From Diadema antillarum (Eukaryota), in the NCBI RefSeq assembly GCF_040938485.1, contig NW_027270981.1, positions 992,001 to 1,056,000 on the forward strand: a stretch of DNA of 64,000 nt. The letters run 5' to 3'. Below, in pieces: positions 45,042-55,920 of this stretch. Below the pieces are notes generated by a model. That model was given only the letters and a program-made list of their open reading frames with translations, had not been told where the DNA came from and did not search any database. The translations under genes were made by a program, and so were the position numbers. Position 1 is the first letter of the stretch, and each line of letters opens with the position of its first letter.

Positions 45042-45880
45042 CAGTACTCTCCGGATAATCGGGTATGCTCGGGCAGAGCGTTTCTTACCCGATTACGCGG
45101 AGTACGCGATTAACAGAAGAACACGTCTCATTCACAATTGACACACACAATGTGTATGTACATGCATTGTACACCGCACCAAACACCTACACTGTATAAT
45201 TATCACGGCTTGCACGGCACATTATACGTACCTTACACTTGCTCAGTCACGAGCAATGATTTAAACTCTTTTAATGGACAAATTATGTCTTCAGAAAATT
45301 TGTCGTTTGACTATAGACTCCTCGCTAACACGAAGGTGTTTTCCAAAATTAACATGTCTCTTTGCGTGCACTAGTCACATAGAACGTTGGGTTACTTTTC
45401 GAGAAGTGACTGGGGGAAAGCAAATTTCCGGAGCTGGTGCATGGCCTGATTTTCGTTGTAAACTTCTCATATTGTGAACGTTGTTGTGGAGCAAGGGAGG
45501 AGCGCAAGTGTGTTCAACTCTTGTCTGTCTATGCAATTGTGAGTGCCAGCTACATACAGTGTCCTGTTTGTTTACATGTGGCAAGTCAGTACTGGTACAT
45601 GTGTTTTCATGTTTAATCACTCCCCAATTTAATGATCGGTCTTCTTAAGCAGAGAGTGTGATTAACCATGACAAATTTGACATTCATGATTTCTTAAAGT
45701 GTTATATCTGCGATAAGATGTGTGTAGAAATTAGATTAGAAGAAAATTATTTACCCATATATGCGGAGAGGCAACCCGATTATCAGGTAGATTTAATGTG
45801 CATTGAAACTGATTTTGACATTACTACCCAATTAAACGGAGTACCCGTTGAAGCCATACCTGATTACGCAGAGAGTACTG
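45042..45880. mobile_element. Tc1/mariner-type element, duplicate of 38289-39132
   Basis: TA TSD intact on both sides (45040-41, 45881-82). Confidence 0.8.
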
Positions 45881-46112
45881 TATCAGTGAATGTAATCAAA
45901 TTGGTCCCTTGGAAAATACATTTTTGTTATAAAGATCACTTAAAGTGAATATTTTCTTTCATGTACCGGTATTGATGGGGGGTTAAACCAATTTGCGTAA
46001 TCTCTGTCACTCAAGGGTTCCTGTAGAAAATTACAGATAATGCTATTGTACATAGAAGCAGGTAAGACACACACACGTTGTATGTGCACTCCTCCCTCCT
46101 TTTCTACCACAT

Positions 46113-46210
46113 ATGTTAGAGAGGGCATTTTCTACAATTCGGTTCCTCTTCATGCAAAAACAAAAGTAGTGCCATCGCCATTGAGGGAAAGTAGCCTTTT
46201 GTTCAGATGT
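46113..46210. other. Truncated ETS block (copy 5)
   Basis: Duplicate of 39360-39450. Confidence 0.6.
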
Positions 46211-46970
46211 TAACAAAACTGTGGTATACATGCATGGTTAATGACAGGGTCTGTACAAACTGAAAAAAAAAGCATATGTACATGTAACTTTTGCGATTTC
46301 TTGCATAATTTCTAACAATACGATTCAAAGAAAATATCACACATTAGAGTAGATAAGAATTTAAGTTTGACATATTATAGAAATAACTGGAAATGCCAGA
46401 CATTAAAGGGTAGCTGTCATGATTGAAAAATGGGTTAACTTCAAACATGATTATCTCGAAACATCATCCTTACGGAAATACTGCATATACGACGGTTCGG
46501 ATGACTGCAGACGATATGTTGCCCAACAAAACATTCCAATTCAGGAATATTCTTTTGAGATGCATCTTTGTGTATTTCATACACTTATAACAGTGATCAT
46601 AACTTTGTGATGACCAAGCTTTTGATTAATAACAACAGTAGGTCAATGCAGGCTTTACTTGGCATTGACTTTGCCCATCAGACATGCATGGGTAGGGGCC
46701 AAGTTTTAGTGCCACTAGTCAAAGTACAGGTTATGTTAATGACTTGATAAAATTTCTGTCTGATTAACATGGGTAGGGGCCAAGTTTTAGTGCCACTAGT
46801 CGAAGTACAGGTGTATGTTAATGACTTGATAAAATTTCTGTCTGATTAACAAAGATTATGTCCCTTCAGTTCTGTGTGTAGTTTATTTTCTAGGTATTAC
46901 ACTCACTGTGCATAATCTTATTTGAGTATCAGAAATGTTAGAGCTGCCGTGATTAGTGGAGATGTATTTT

Positions 46971-49769
46971 CTATACAGGAATGGCATTATTTATTACCTT
47001 GTTTGACCTGAAATTCTTCTCAAGCTTGGCCCAGAACAAATTCTGTCCATATTCATCTTCTTCCCATTTCAAGTACGGTCTGTTAGCACTCAGGAAGAGC
47101 CGCACAAGATACGGAAGATGGTTTTCTTCTACATTCTCCTTGAAGATCAGGACAACTTTGTCCAATTTGGTGTCATTAATATGTTCTAATGCCATGCGCA
47201 GCTTGGTCATAAACCATGTCTCCTCCACTGACTGGTTGCTGATCACAAGAACAGTCTTGAAGCTGTTTTCCAGGGCATGATGGATAGCGTCTACTAAGTA
47301 GAGGCCAATTTCGAGATAGTCGTCACCCCAGAGAATGCTTTCAAACTGAGGAAATTTTTCTTCCATTGCTGGTCTCATGACATTGTTGACCCAGTCTTCA
47401 TCCCCATCAGAGAACATGACATTTAGCTGATCCCTATAGTCCTCTATATGCTGCTTGCCTTCCAAATCTTTGTATCCAAAGATGGCCAGCTTCAAGAGAT
47501 AGAGGTGGTAGCGAACCCACCAGCGCCTATAGTATACAACTATGGCCACATATCCCACCATGATAAGGGCCAAGGAAACTGATACTATAAGAGTCACATT
47601 TATGCTACACAATTCATCAGGATTAAAGAGCAGAAAGGGATGATCGACCACAGTTTCAAAGGATGATCTTGAGCAAACAGTTTTATTCGATTGCATAAGG
47701 ACCACATTGCTGAGCTCAACCCACTTTCTGAACCACGCTAAATCGCATGTGCATGAGAGTGGGTTTTGTGATAAATCTAAGTGTATAGTGGTAGGAAATA
47801 ATGTACCAGGAAATATGGTGCTGAGGTGATTCTCAGATAGAAATAGTTTAAAAAGATGAGGTGTGTCATTGAACAGTGTGATTGGCAAAGACCTAACTGA
47901 ACTCTTTTCAAAGAAAAGATTTCTGAGACTGTGGAGACCATACAGGGCATGTGCAGATGGCTCTTGAATTGAGTTACCCCTTAGATACAATGTTGTCAAG
48001 GAAGTCAAATTTTGAAACAGTCCTGGTTTCAGTACTTTGATCTCTGAGTGAGAGATATCCAATGATTTCAGGCTTTCCAGTGAACTAAAGGTTCCAGTTT
48101 CCATGTTGTTCAAGGAATTTCCCTGCAGGTGAAGCCCCTTGAGTACTGCTTGACCAGCAAACAAGGACTGGTTTGTTTCATTATCAAACAAACTTTTCCT
48201 TCCTAAATTGTTATATTGCAGATAAAGCTCTCCCAGTGAGACAGCTCTGGAAAACTGATTTGTGGAATTCATTGTGAGTTTTGTGTGAGACAGATTCAGA
48301 ATTTTTAGATTAGACATATCACGGAAAACTTCAGCAAGGTATGAGGCTGCTTCTGAGGTTAGGTACAACTCTTGGAGATGTTGTGTTTGTGCAAATAAAA
48401 AAGGAGAATAGCCTCTTATCTTATTGTGAGACGCATGAAGTATTTTGAGATTTTGGAGTCCCCATAGCATGTGGTTGGGAAATTTATTGAAATTGTTGAA
48501 AGAAATGTTCAGAGTGAGCAAACTTTTAATGGTCCACCTTAAGTATTTCCAGGAAGAAAGCATGTTATAAGATAGATCAAGCTGTTGTATCTTCGACAGC
48601 TGTACGAAGGAGCCAGGATGCAATCTGAGAATTTGATTGTGGGAAATGTTCAACTGGAGGAGGTTTTCATTGCAATGAAATGCAGCCAGTGGCAGAGAGG
48701 AAATTTGATTTCCAGATATGTCCAGAATCTCTAATGAATGAAGTCCACAAAAAGATGTGTTTGAAATCATTGTTAATCTGTTCTGTCGTATTTTTAAACT
48801 TAAAGTATGATTGAAACCTGCAAATGCATATTGAGGGATGTCAAATATTCCATTGTTACTCAACTCTATATTCAATATGTGGGGAATGTCAACTCCATCA
48901 CATGTAGATTTGTTCAGTGGAATTATTTCCTTGAGCGAAGTGCCGATTAGTGACAGTTTCTTAATCTTCAAGTTACCCATGAATGCCAGCACTTCAAATT
49001 TGTTAATATTATTTGCATCAAGGTAAATAAAATGAACAATTGTAAGGTCCGAGAATACTCCAGGTGTTACTTCAGTGATTTTGTTATTGCGCAGGTCTAA
49101 AGCATGCATGGAGTTGTTTTGTAGGGGGGAAAAAGCATGTTTAGAAATGGATGTGATATCATTCCTTGACAAGTTTACATCAGATATTCTCCTCCACTTT
49201 GAGACTGACTGAAAGTCAAACGATTTTATTGAATTTTTCATCAAAATTAGTTTCTGTAAGTTTGATAAATCTTTTATTGCAGCTAGAGGCACAGAAGGAA
49301 TTAAATTATATCCTAAATCTACAACAGTGAGATTCTTACTAGAATTTAATAGTCCTGGCTGAATTTGTGTCAACTTATTTCCTGAAAGACACAATACTTT
49401 GAGATGAAGAAGAGGTGTGAAAGCAGCATTTTCTATGTGGACAATGGCATTGCTCTTCAAATTTAAGTTGATTAGATTCCAGAGATGTCCAAAGGAGTTG
49501 CTTTGAAGTTGTGATATGAAGTTGTGTGATAAATCTAAAGCAATGGTCCTGTTTGGTAGGTCTTGTGGAACTGACTTCAGATGGCAGTGGTTGCAGTAGG
49601 CCTTGTACATGCCTTGGGTGGTATTCTCAATGTGACAGCAGTTGTGTCGGGGAGGCATCATCTGGTCTAGTGTTGAGACAGCTGATACTGACAGTAGGCT
49701 CACCACCCACAGCACCAGGAGAATGCAGCTCAGAAAACACATTGAAGAATGCATCCTGGATGCGGTCAT
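46971..49769 (-). CDS. Toll-like receptor TLR-E, 932 aa
   Basis: LRR-TM-TIR, intact ORF; divergent juxtamembrane region and TIR (YRRWWVRYHL, LEIGLY) shared with TLR-D. Confidence 0.97.
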   Translation of the reverse strand: MTASRMHSSMCFLSCILLVLWVVSLLSVSAVSTLDQMMPPRHNCCHIENTTQGMYKAYCNHCHLKSVPQDLPNRTIALDLSHNFISQLQSNSFGHLWNLINLNLKSNAIVHIENAAFTPLLHLKVLCLSGNKLTQIQPGLLNSSKNLTVVDLGYNLIPSVPLAAIKDLSNLQKLILMKNSIKSFDFQSVSKWRRISDVNLSRNDITSISKHAFSPLQNNSMHALDLRNNKITEVTPGVFSDLTIVHFIYLDANNINKFEVLAFMGNLKIKKLSLIGTSLKEIIPLNKSTCDGVDIPHILNIELSNNGIFDIPQYAFAGFNHTLSLKIRQNRLTMISNTSFCGLHSLEILDISGNQISSLPLAAFHCNENLLQLNISHNQILRLHPGSFVQLSKIQQLDLSYNMLSSWKYLRWTIKSLLTLNISFNNFNKFPNHMLWGLQNLKILHASHNKIRGYSPFLFAQTQHLQELYLTSEAASYLAEVFRDMSNLKILNLSHTKLTMNSTNQFSRAVSLGELYLQYNNLGRKSLFDNETNQSLFAGQAVLKGLHLQGNSLNNMETGTFSSLESLKSLDISHSEIKVLKPGLFQNLTSLTTLYLRGNSIQEPSAHALYGLHSLRNLFFEKSSVRSLPITLFNDTPHLFKLFLSENHLSTIFPGTLFPTTIHLDLSQNPLSCTCDLAWFRKWVELSNVVLMQSNKTVCSRSSFETVVDHPFLLFNPDELCSINVTLIVSVSLALIMVGYVAIVVYYRRWWVRYHLYLLKLAIFGYKDLEGKQHIEDYRDQLNVMFSDGDEDWVNNVMRPAMEEKFPQFESILWGDDYLEIGLYLVDAIHHALENSFKTVLVISNQSVEETWFMTKLRMALEHINDTKLDKVVLIFKENVEENHLPYLVRLFLSANRPYLKWEEDEYGQNLFWAKLEKNFRSNKVINNAIPV

Positions 49770-50379
49770 GGTACCTTCAAAATGGTGTTATATCCACTTC
49801 CTGTGAAAATTTGACAACAGTATTAAGGTCTTTTGGGGAAAGCAAGATTATGGGGGGGGGGGGGGAAGGTTGGTATAGCCCCAACTAGCTGCTTCCACTT
49901 CAAGAATGCATATAATTTCGACTGTCAATAAGTGTAAAGTTAAGTAGTAGCACATTTTGCGATGACCCCTTGAAGCTGTTGTAACATCTCAGTCAGGATA
50001 TCATTTTTTTGATACTTCAGAGGAGTGAAATATACCTCCAGTCACAGAGAAGTTGGTTAAGATGCTCAATTTGCTGGCTGTGAGATACATAAATAAAAAA
50101 TGGTGTCTGGTGTTCTGGAATAGTTTCAAGTTAAGTATTACCCCTCGCCAATTTAACAATGTACCACACAATAGGGTTACAATGTCCGTCTGTTTCAGTC
50201 TGGAAAGGTATGCATAGAAAGTCAGCTTGAATGGGTCAGATTGCATCAAAATGTCCAATAAGTCACTCCTATGACTACATGTGCAGTTGTATGACGAAAT
50301 TGGCGTGACTCTGTGGTTAGTTCACATGTCAATCTTGTAAGCAAGACTGTGTGGCTTGGGGTCAGGCTCTCTGAGTCCA

Positions 50380-50540
50380 GCTGAGATGAAATGGAGGTCT
50401 AACGTTTGAAAGAGTCTTTAGTCCTGCACATTAAAGGTCCCGCCACACTTCTTGTTGCAAATAGTAGGGTGCACACTTGAAGTGCGGTAGACCATCCCAC
50501 ACACAGGCAACTGATGCTGTGGACCCCTTGCAGTTAAAGC
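50380..50540 (+). mobile_element. Old SINE-core remnant upstream of TLR-E
   Basis: AAATGGAGGTCT...TGCACATTAAAGGTCCC...GCAAATAGTAGGGTGC...GGACCCC. Confidence 0.6.
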
Positions 50541-51237
50541 CCAGGTGATCATGCAGCGATGGCCAGCAAGTGATATCATTTCTTCAAAATGAGCCATAAA
50601 AATGAAAACATGGAACCATGTTTGTAAGTAGGTCTTAAAGCTGTAGCAGTTACCAGATGTAGAATGATGTAGAAGCGCTGCTTTACAGGTACCATTGTAG
50701 AGCCCTGGAGGTTATAGTTGTCCACAAGTTGTCTGTGACCTACTAGCACAGGGAGTATTCAGTTTCTCATTGTTTCCAGGTCCTTGATTGATGGTCAGTT
50801 TACATAATGCACTCCATAGCAGTTTCACTAGCACATCATAAGTGTAATTCACAGTGTTCTCTGACACACAAATAGGATTGGAAATATGACTATGCATTTT
50901 ATCACATCCAATGCCAATTTGCATAAAGCAATAATCGAAAGTGCATAGCTGGTTAATCATCTATACAAATGGCTGCCTCAAATGTCAGTGCATGAGTCTT
51001 GTCTACCAGAAATGATTTATCGCAGTTTCAGTTCTGGTGAAGGCAGGACTTAAAAAACTGTAGCTCTGATGGCTGGAATGTATCGTGACTAATGGAGATC
51101 TCTTTTTTTGTTACTACACTTTGTAGTTGCAATGTTTATATTAATGGGGAAGAATTCATTTCAATAATACCATCAGGAGGAAAGTTTGTTGTGTTTGTCC
51201 TACATTTTTGCAAGGATGGATGTACAGAACACTTGAC

Positions 51238-51565
51238 TCTTGCCTCACGATCACGCGGCCCAGGTTCAAACCCAAGTCTGGACTGAGCAATGTTGTGTGT
51301 AGGCATACCGTCCCCTCTAGCAAGAGGCAAAACAATCTGTCCCTCAGATAGAACATTAAATGGAGGTCCCGTGTATGAGAGAGTAGCAACTCATGCACGT
51401 AAATGATCCTGCTTCATTCATTCATCGCAAAGAGCAGGGTGTTTAACCTGGTGAAGTGGTCCCCCACCTCACATCCAACTGGACCCCATGGAAGACCAGC
51501 TTAACATAGCTGAATGTGGGCTATCCAGCCATCTTCTCAGATGGAAAAGGAACAAACAAACAAAC
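51238..51565 (+). mobile_element. tRNA-derived SINE (Deu-domain-like core), 5'-truncated
   Basis: B box GGTTCAAACCC (51263); core TAAATGGAGGTCCCGTG...ATGCACGTAAATGATCC...GCAAAGAGCAGGGTGTTTAACC; (CAAA)n tail; inserted relative to paralogous flanks at 15710 and 60235. The DeuSINE family call is from memory. Confidence 0.75.
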
Positions 51566-52106
51566 TGACAAACTCTGACAAGTAGAGTTTATATATCAAT
51601 TCTGCACTTGAGGGCCAAACAAAAAGTTAGCGTTGCGTGCCTTTTTATGTGTAAATTTCAGGAATTGATTTCATATCGTGAGATTTCCTTGTATGGCTGA
51701 ACAGTTAAAAAGAAGAGATCTGATGACTGGACAGTAGAACAACTTCAATGCGTGGCCAAATTGGATTTAATCAAATTAGTTCTGTGACATATTTACATTT
51801 TATTGCATCACACAAGGCTTCAAAAAGGAAACACAAAACAAACATTTTAGTTTTTACTACTTTTCCCAATACTTAATCACTACATCAATGCCAGAAAGAA
51901 AATTTGTGATAACAGAAAGGACCCAATATAATGTGTTTGTTTTATACGAGACTGTGGTATTGATACATTTTTAAGTCAATTAAGAATCAAACACATCTTA
52001 ATAGCTTTTGTTGTCACAGTTACGAATATCTAGAATTGGAAAAAGAGACAATTATAACATTCTACAATATACAATTTGTCCGTGCAAAATTTAAATCAAA
52101 CGTATA

Positions 52107-52317
52107 CTGTAAAAGTGAAAATTTTTGTGGTGTTCAAATTTTTGCCCATTTCGCGCAACGAGAAACTAGTGCAAAAACAAAAACACACAAAAATTTTTCC
52201 TTGCCATATGTTCCAGTAGTTGTCTTGATTCTGCAGAATTAAAAATATGCTACAATCTTCTTACACGGCAGAGCATGAAAAATTAGTTTGGCAAAAATAT
52301 CCATTCCACTTTTACAG
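52107..52317. mobile_element. Tc1/mariner-type MITE
   Basis: TA|CTGTAAAAGTG...CACTTTTACAG. Confidence 0.6.
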
Positions 52318-53979
52318 AACATGACCAATTGTCTGTAGAAGACGATATAATTAACAGTGTACTGCTCCCTTCAATTAATGTTTGAAGACTTTAGCCTTCT
52401 TGCCAACGTCAACATATCCTCTTTGCTAACAGTGTGTAATGAGTTCACAGTCAAGTAATTCATGCATATTTTGTGGATATGCATGATGTCAGTTCAAATG
52501 TGTAACATTTCAAGGTAGTAATTATAATTAGTTTGTTAAATTTAACTCCTTATTTGAATACATAATTTTGGTACTCACAAATTATAGAAACTGCTGTGAC
52601 ACAATTCAGATAACTTTTTTGATGCCGAACGCCATAATGATATCATAGGTTGCAGGAAAAAGAAAACCAGGGAATAAAAACCTCCTATTCCAAGAAGACC
52701 TATTCCTGACAAGATTTCTCATTATATATAGAGAGTGCCCCATATGACTCCATTGTGTGAGGACTGCTAATTCACTCTGTAAGACTCGGCTGAAATTGAT
52801 TTTGTATTTTCAAGAAACAAAATGTCTTGAATGATGATAAGAATGAAGATGAGGAGGATTCATCATGAACATGTAATACATTGTATATTAGCATATCAAA
52901 TGTTACTGTCCGAAGTGTTTCAAAGCCATTAAAATTCAAACAGTGTATTGAAGCAAATATTTACATATGACATACAATCAAATATATAGCATAATGCTTA
53001 CCTTACAAATCTACACATTTAAAATGATTGCAGATTACAGACATTCACATGTTTCTCTGGTACATATTGCTTGATGTGTCCTTATTTCTGTATTCTTTTA
53101 ATTTATGAACTTCACTCAGTGTTCACATAGTAGCATATGTTGCAAAAAAAAACAAAACAACAACAACAAAACAAAATTGAGGAATTATTTGTTACAGAGG
53201 CTAATTTTCAGCAATCCGAAGAGACATCTAGATATGTGTTTTACATAACTATAATCATGATATGGGGAACCACTGTGTTGTCCTCTCTGTGGGAATGTCT
53301 TTTGCATCATATTTCCTTTCTGCATTCTAATGTCCAGATTTCACAGAGTCTGTGCTATTTTTCAATTTGCATCTGTTCTTATGAAAGCACAAATACAGGT
53401 AAATTTCATAATTTAACAAAAGCACAAATACAGGTAAATTTTGTAATTTAACGTAAAGCAGAAACCCCCAATACACCAGAGAAATAGACAACTTAACAAC
53501 CAACCACCAACCAACAAACCAAGCTGTCTTACTAGTTTGCACAGTATACATTTTATACCGTATCATCAGTCATGCATTTCTTACATTCAAACAGTTAAAA
53601 AGGCATTTCTCTCTGTTGATAAATATGAGTGTACCCATGTCTAAAACAGTCATTAATGTAGTTATGATCACTTAAGATGTCATTTGTCAACATAATTAGA
53701 TACCAATAGAAAGGGAAAGAGTTCCTCTTTCCTCACAATCAACATTGCGCTTTCTACAGTTGACGATTATGAAATAGTAATCCTCCAAAGTTGGATTACC
53801 TTTTTTGTTGATACACACTGAATAAGGAGCAGTTATCAAAGATTTCTTTTTCTGTTGTAATAGGATACATGTTCAGCGCCCCAAAAATAGAGAAATAGCA
53901 AAGAGAGAGGAGAGAAAAAAAAAATCTCTGCAGAAAAAAAAAAAAAACCCGTTGACAGACTTTTTGCCACATATGTAGA

Positions 53980-54290
53980 TGTAGCTAGGGCGCTATTCAC
54001 ATGGCAGTTGCCCTATGTGTAAAAAAAAGAAAGTAGTGCCATCTGTATCCACTGAGAGAAAGTGCCAGGTAATTTAATTTTCTAAGGTTTCAGTCAAGAG
54101 CTCATTAGATTTGTTTTTATAGTGGATTCTCACGCAACGAAGAAAAGGAAGTAACTGCTATAAATTCATCTTTGATGAGGATGTAACATACATTGTTAAT
54201 GGCTGACAGCAGATCTTTGCATAGTGAAGACAGAGGAGTGTTGATCCAGTAGCATACGCATATTTTGTACATAAACTCTCACAATAGGTC
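53980..54290. promoter_or_regulatory. Conserved non-coding ETS block (copy 6)
   Basis: CTCACGC at 54129, AGGAAGT at 54146, then TGTTGATCCAGTAGCATAC as in the other copies. Confidence 0.45.
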
Positions 54291-55920
54291 TGTTATTCTT
54301 TTTAAAGTTGATTTCACAATTAGGGTAGGATAGAACAGAGTGCCAAGAGGAGATACAGGAAATATATCTCGCAATCATTGTTTAAGGTTAACTTTATTAC
54401 CAAGGGCTGTTCACACAAATGCAAAAATAACAGTTTTACAAAATTAATTTTTGCAAGTGATGTGAAAACCGATGATAATTCTTAATCGCGTGTGGACACA
54501 AAATCACAGGCCACATGGTTATCGTGATCCCTGGTGTTGTTCCAAAATCAGTACATCTTCATACTCATTTTCAGACCTTCACAATAACTTCCCAGAAAAG
54601 TAAAACAAAGGACAAAAAAGGACAAGTATATTATGTATATTTTTAGCAAGGGGGGAAAAAGGAATTTTCTGGTTCATGATTCATCAGACCTATTCAGGTT
54701 ATTCACACCTTTCCTTTTCATCCCAAAATTGTGGTGATGATAGAACTAGATAAAGAAATTGTCCACTGGTCATATCCTTAAATTATATTGTGCTGTGAAT
54801 CAGTGACAGAAGTGCACAAATCTGTTCAACAAGAGAGGTTTTAATCTTGGATTTTTTTTTATATCTTTAATTCCCATTATCATCTTACCTATTAGGTAGG
54901 AAATTTGATTTATATGCACGGTGATACATTCTTCCAACTCACTGGAAGATTCTTGTGAGATTCATCAATGTCTGGCATTTAACAGAGGTCAGAATATAGT
55001 AGGGTTAACCAAGCCTCAGCATCAACTGCATTTCAACATAAGGGTTATTGATATTAGCTGTGCACATCATTTTACCACTGTCTTTGGCTTCCTTTCAATG
55101 GAGAGTGAGACCTTGTACCTACTACAAACTATGTGGGGGTTCAGTTGAGCCTGAAGCGGGTGTAGAGTTGGTATTTGACTGAAGTCAATACGGCGGTTTC
55201 ACCTTCAAGTAATGCAGGGTGTACACAGTGGAATCGTGCAATCTATGCGTCGTGGGAGAGCGGTGGTATGAAGTCTTGATTTGTGGCTTGATACATTATG
55301 GCACCTAACTGCCTTCCCTTTCCTTTGGTGTCTATTGTGTCAGGTGAAGCGCCTTCGAACCCAACAATGGGGGCAGAAAGATTTTATGAATAGCTCTCGA
55401 GGATCATGAAATCAATACTAAGTCATTGGGAAAGGTTCATCAATATTACCAAGTCTGCAAGTGGGTTTTCAACTGCAAGGCGATACCCCCCCCCCCCCCC
55501 TCCCAACACTCCCTAGTGTTGTTACAGAGATTTGGGGAAGGTTGACTGAGGTAAGACAAAGTCTTATTTTGAACCTTTTTGTTGAATATATAGAGTAATT
55601 TTGGACAATTAAGTGTGGACTTCCAGGGTGTTGCCAAGTTTGACTTGGTTTGTCACTTCATTGACTTTGTGCATTCTCTAGATCTCTTCATGTAATCTAC
55701 TCAGTTTATTCAATGTAGCAAAAGACATGCTGTATTCATGCATGTATATAGTTTGCAATTTTAATTACAATAGTTAGAGTAAGTCAATGAACTTTCTGTG
55801 TGTTGAAGATTATGTCCCTTCAATTTAATGGGAATTTTCCAGGTTTTTCACCTATTGTACATAACCCTATTTGTCAATTTCTAACACCAGAGATACTGCA
55901 AATTAATGGAGCTGTATTCT

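Larger units (their letters stand above)
35003..48178. repeat. Recent tandem segmental duplication (35003-41402 vs 41403-48178)
   Basis: Constant offsets of 6400 (TLR-C to TLR-D side) and 6776 (TLR-D to TLR-E side); intergenic copies are near-identical apart from a 353-bp insertion and small indels. Confidence 0.92.
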
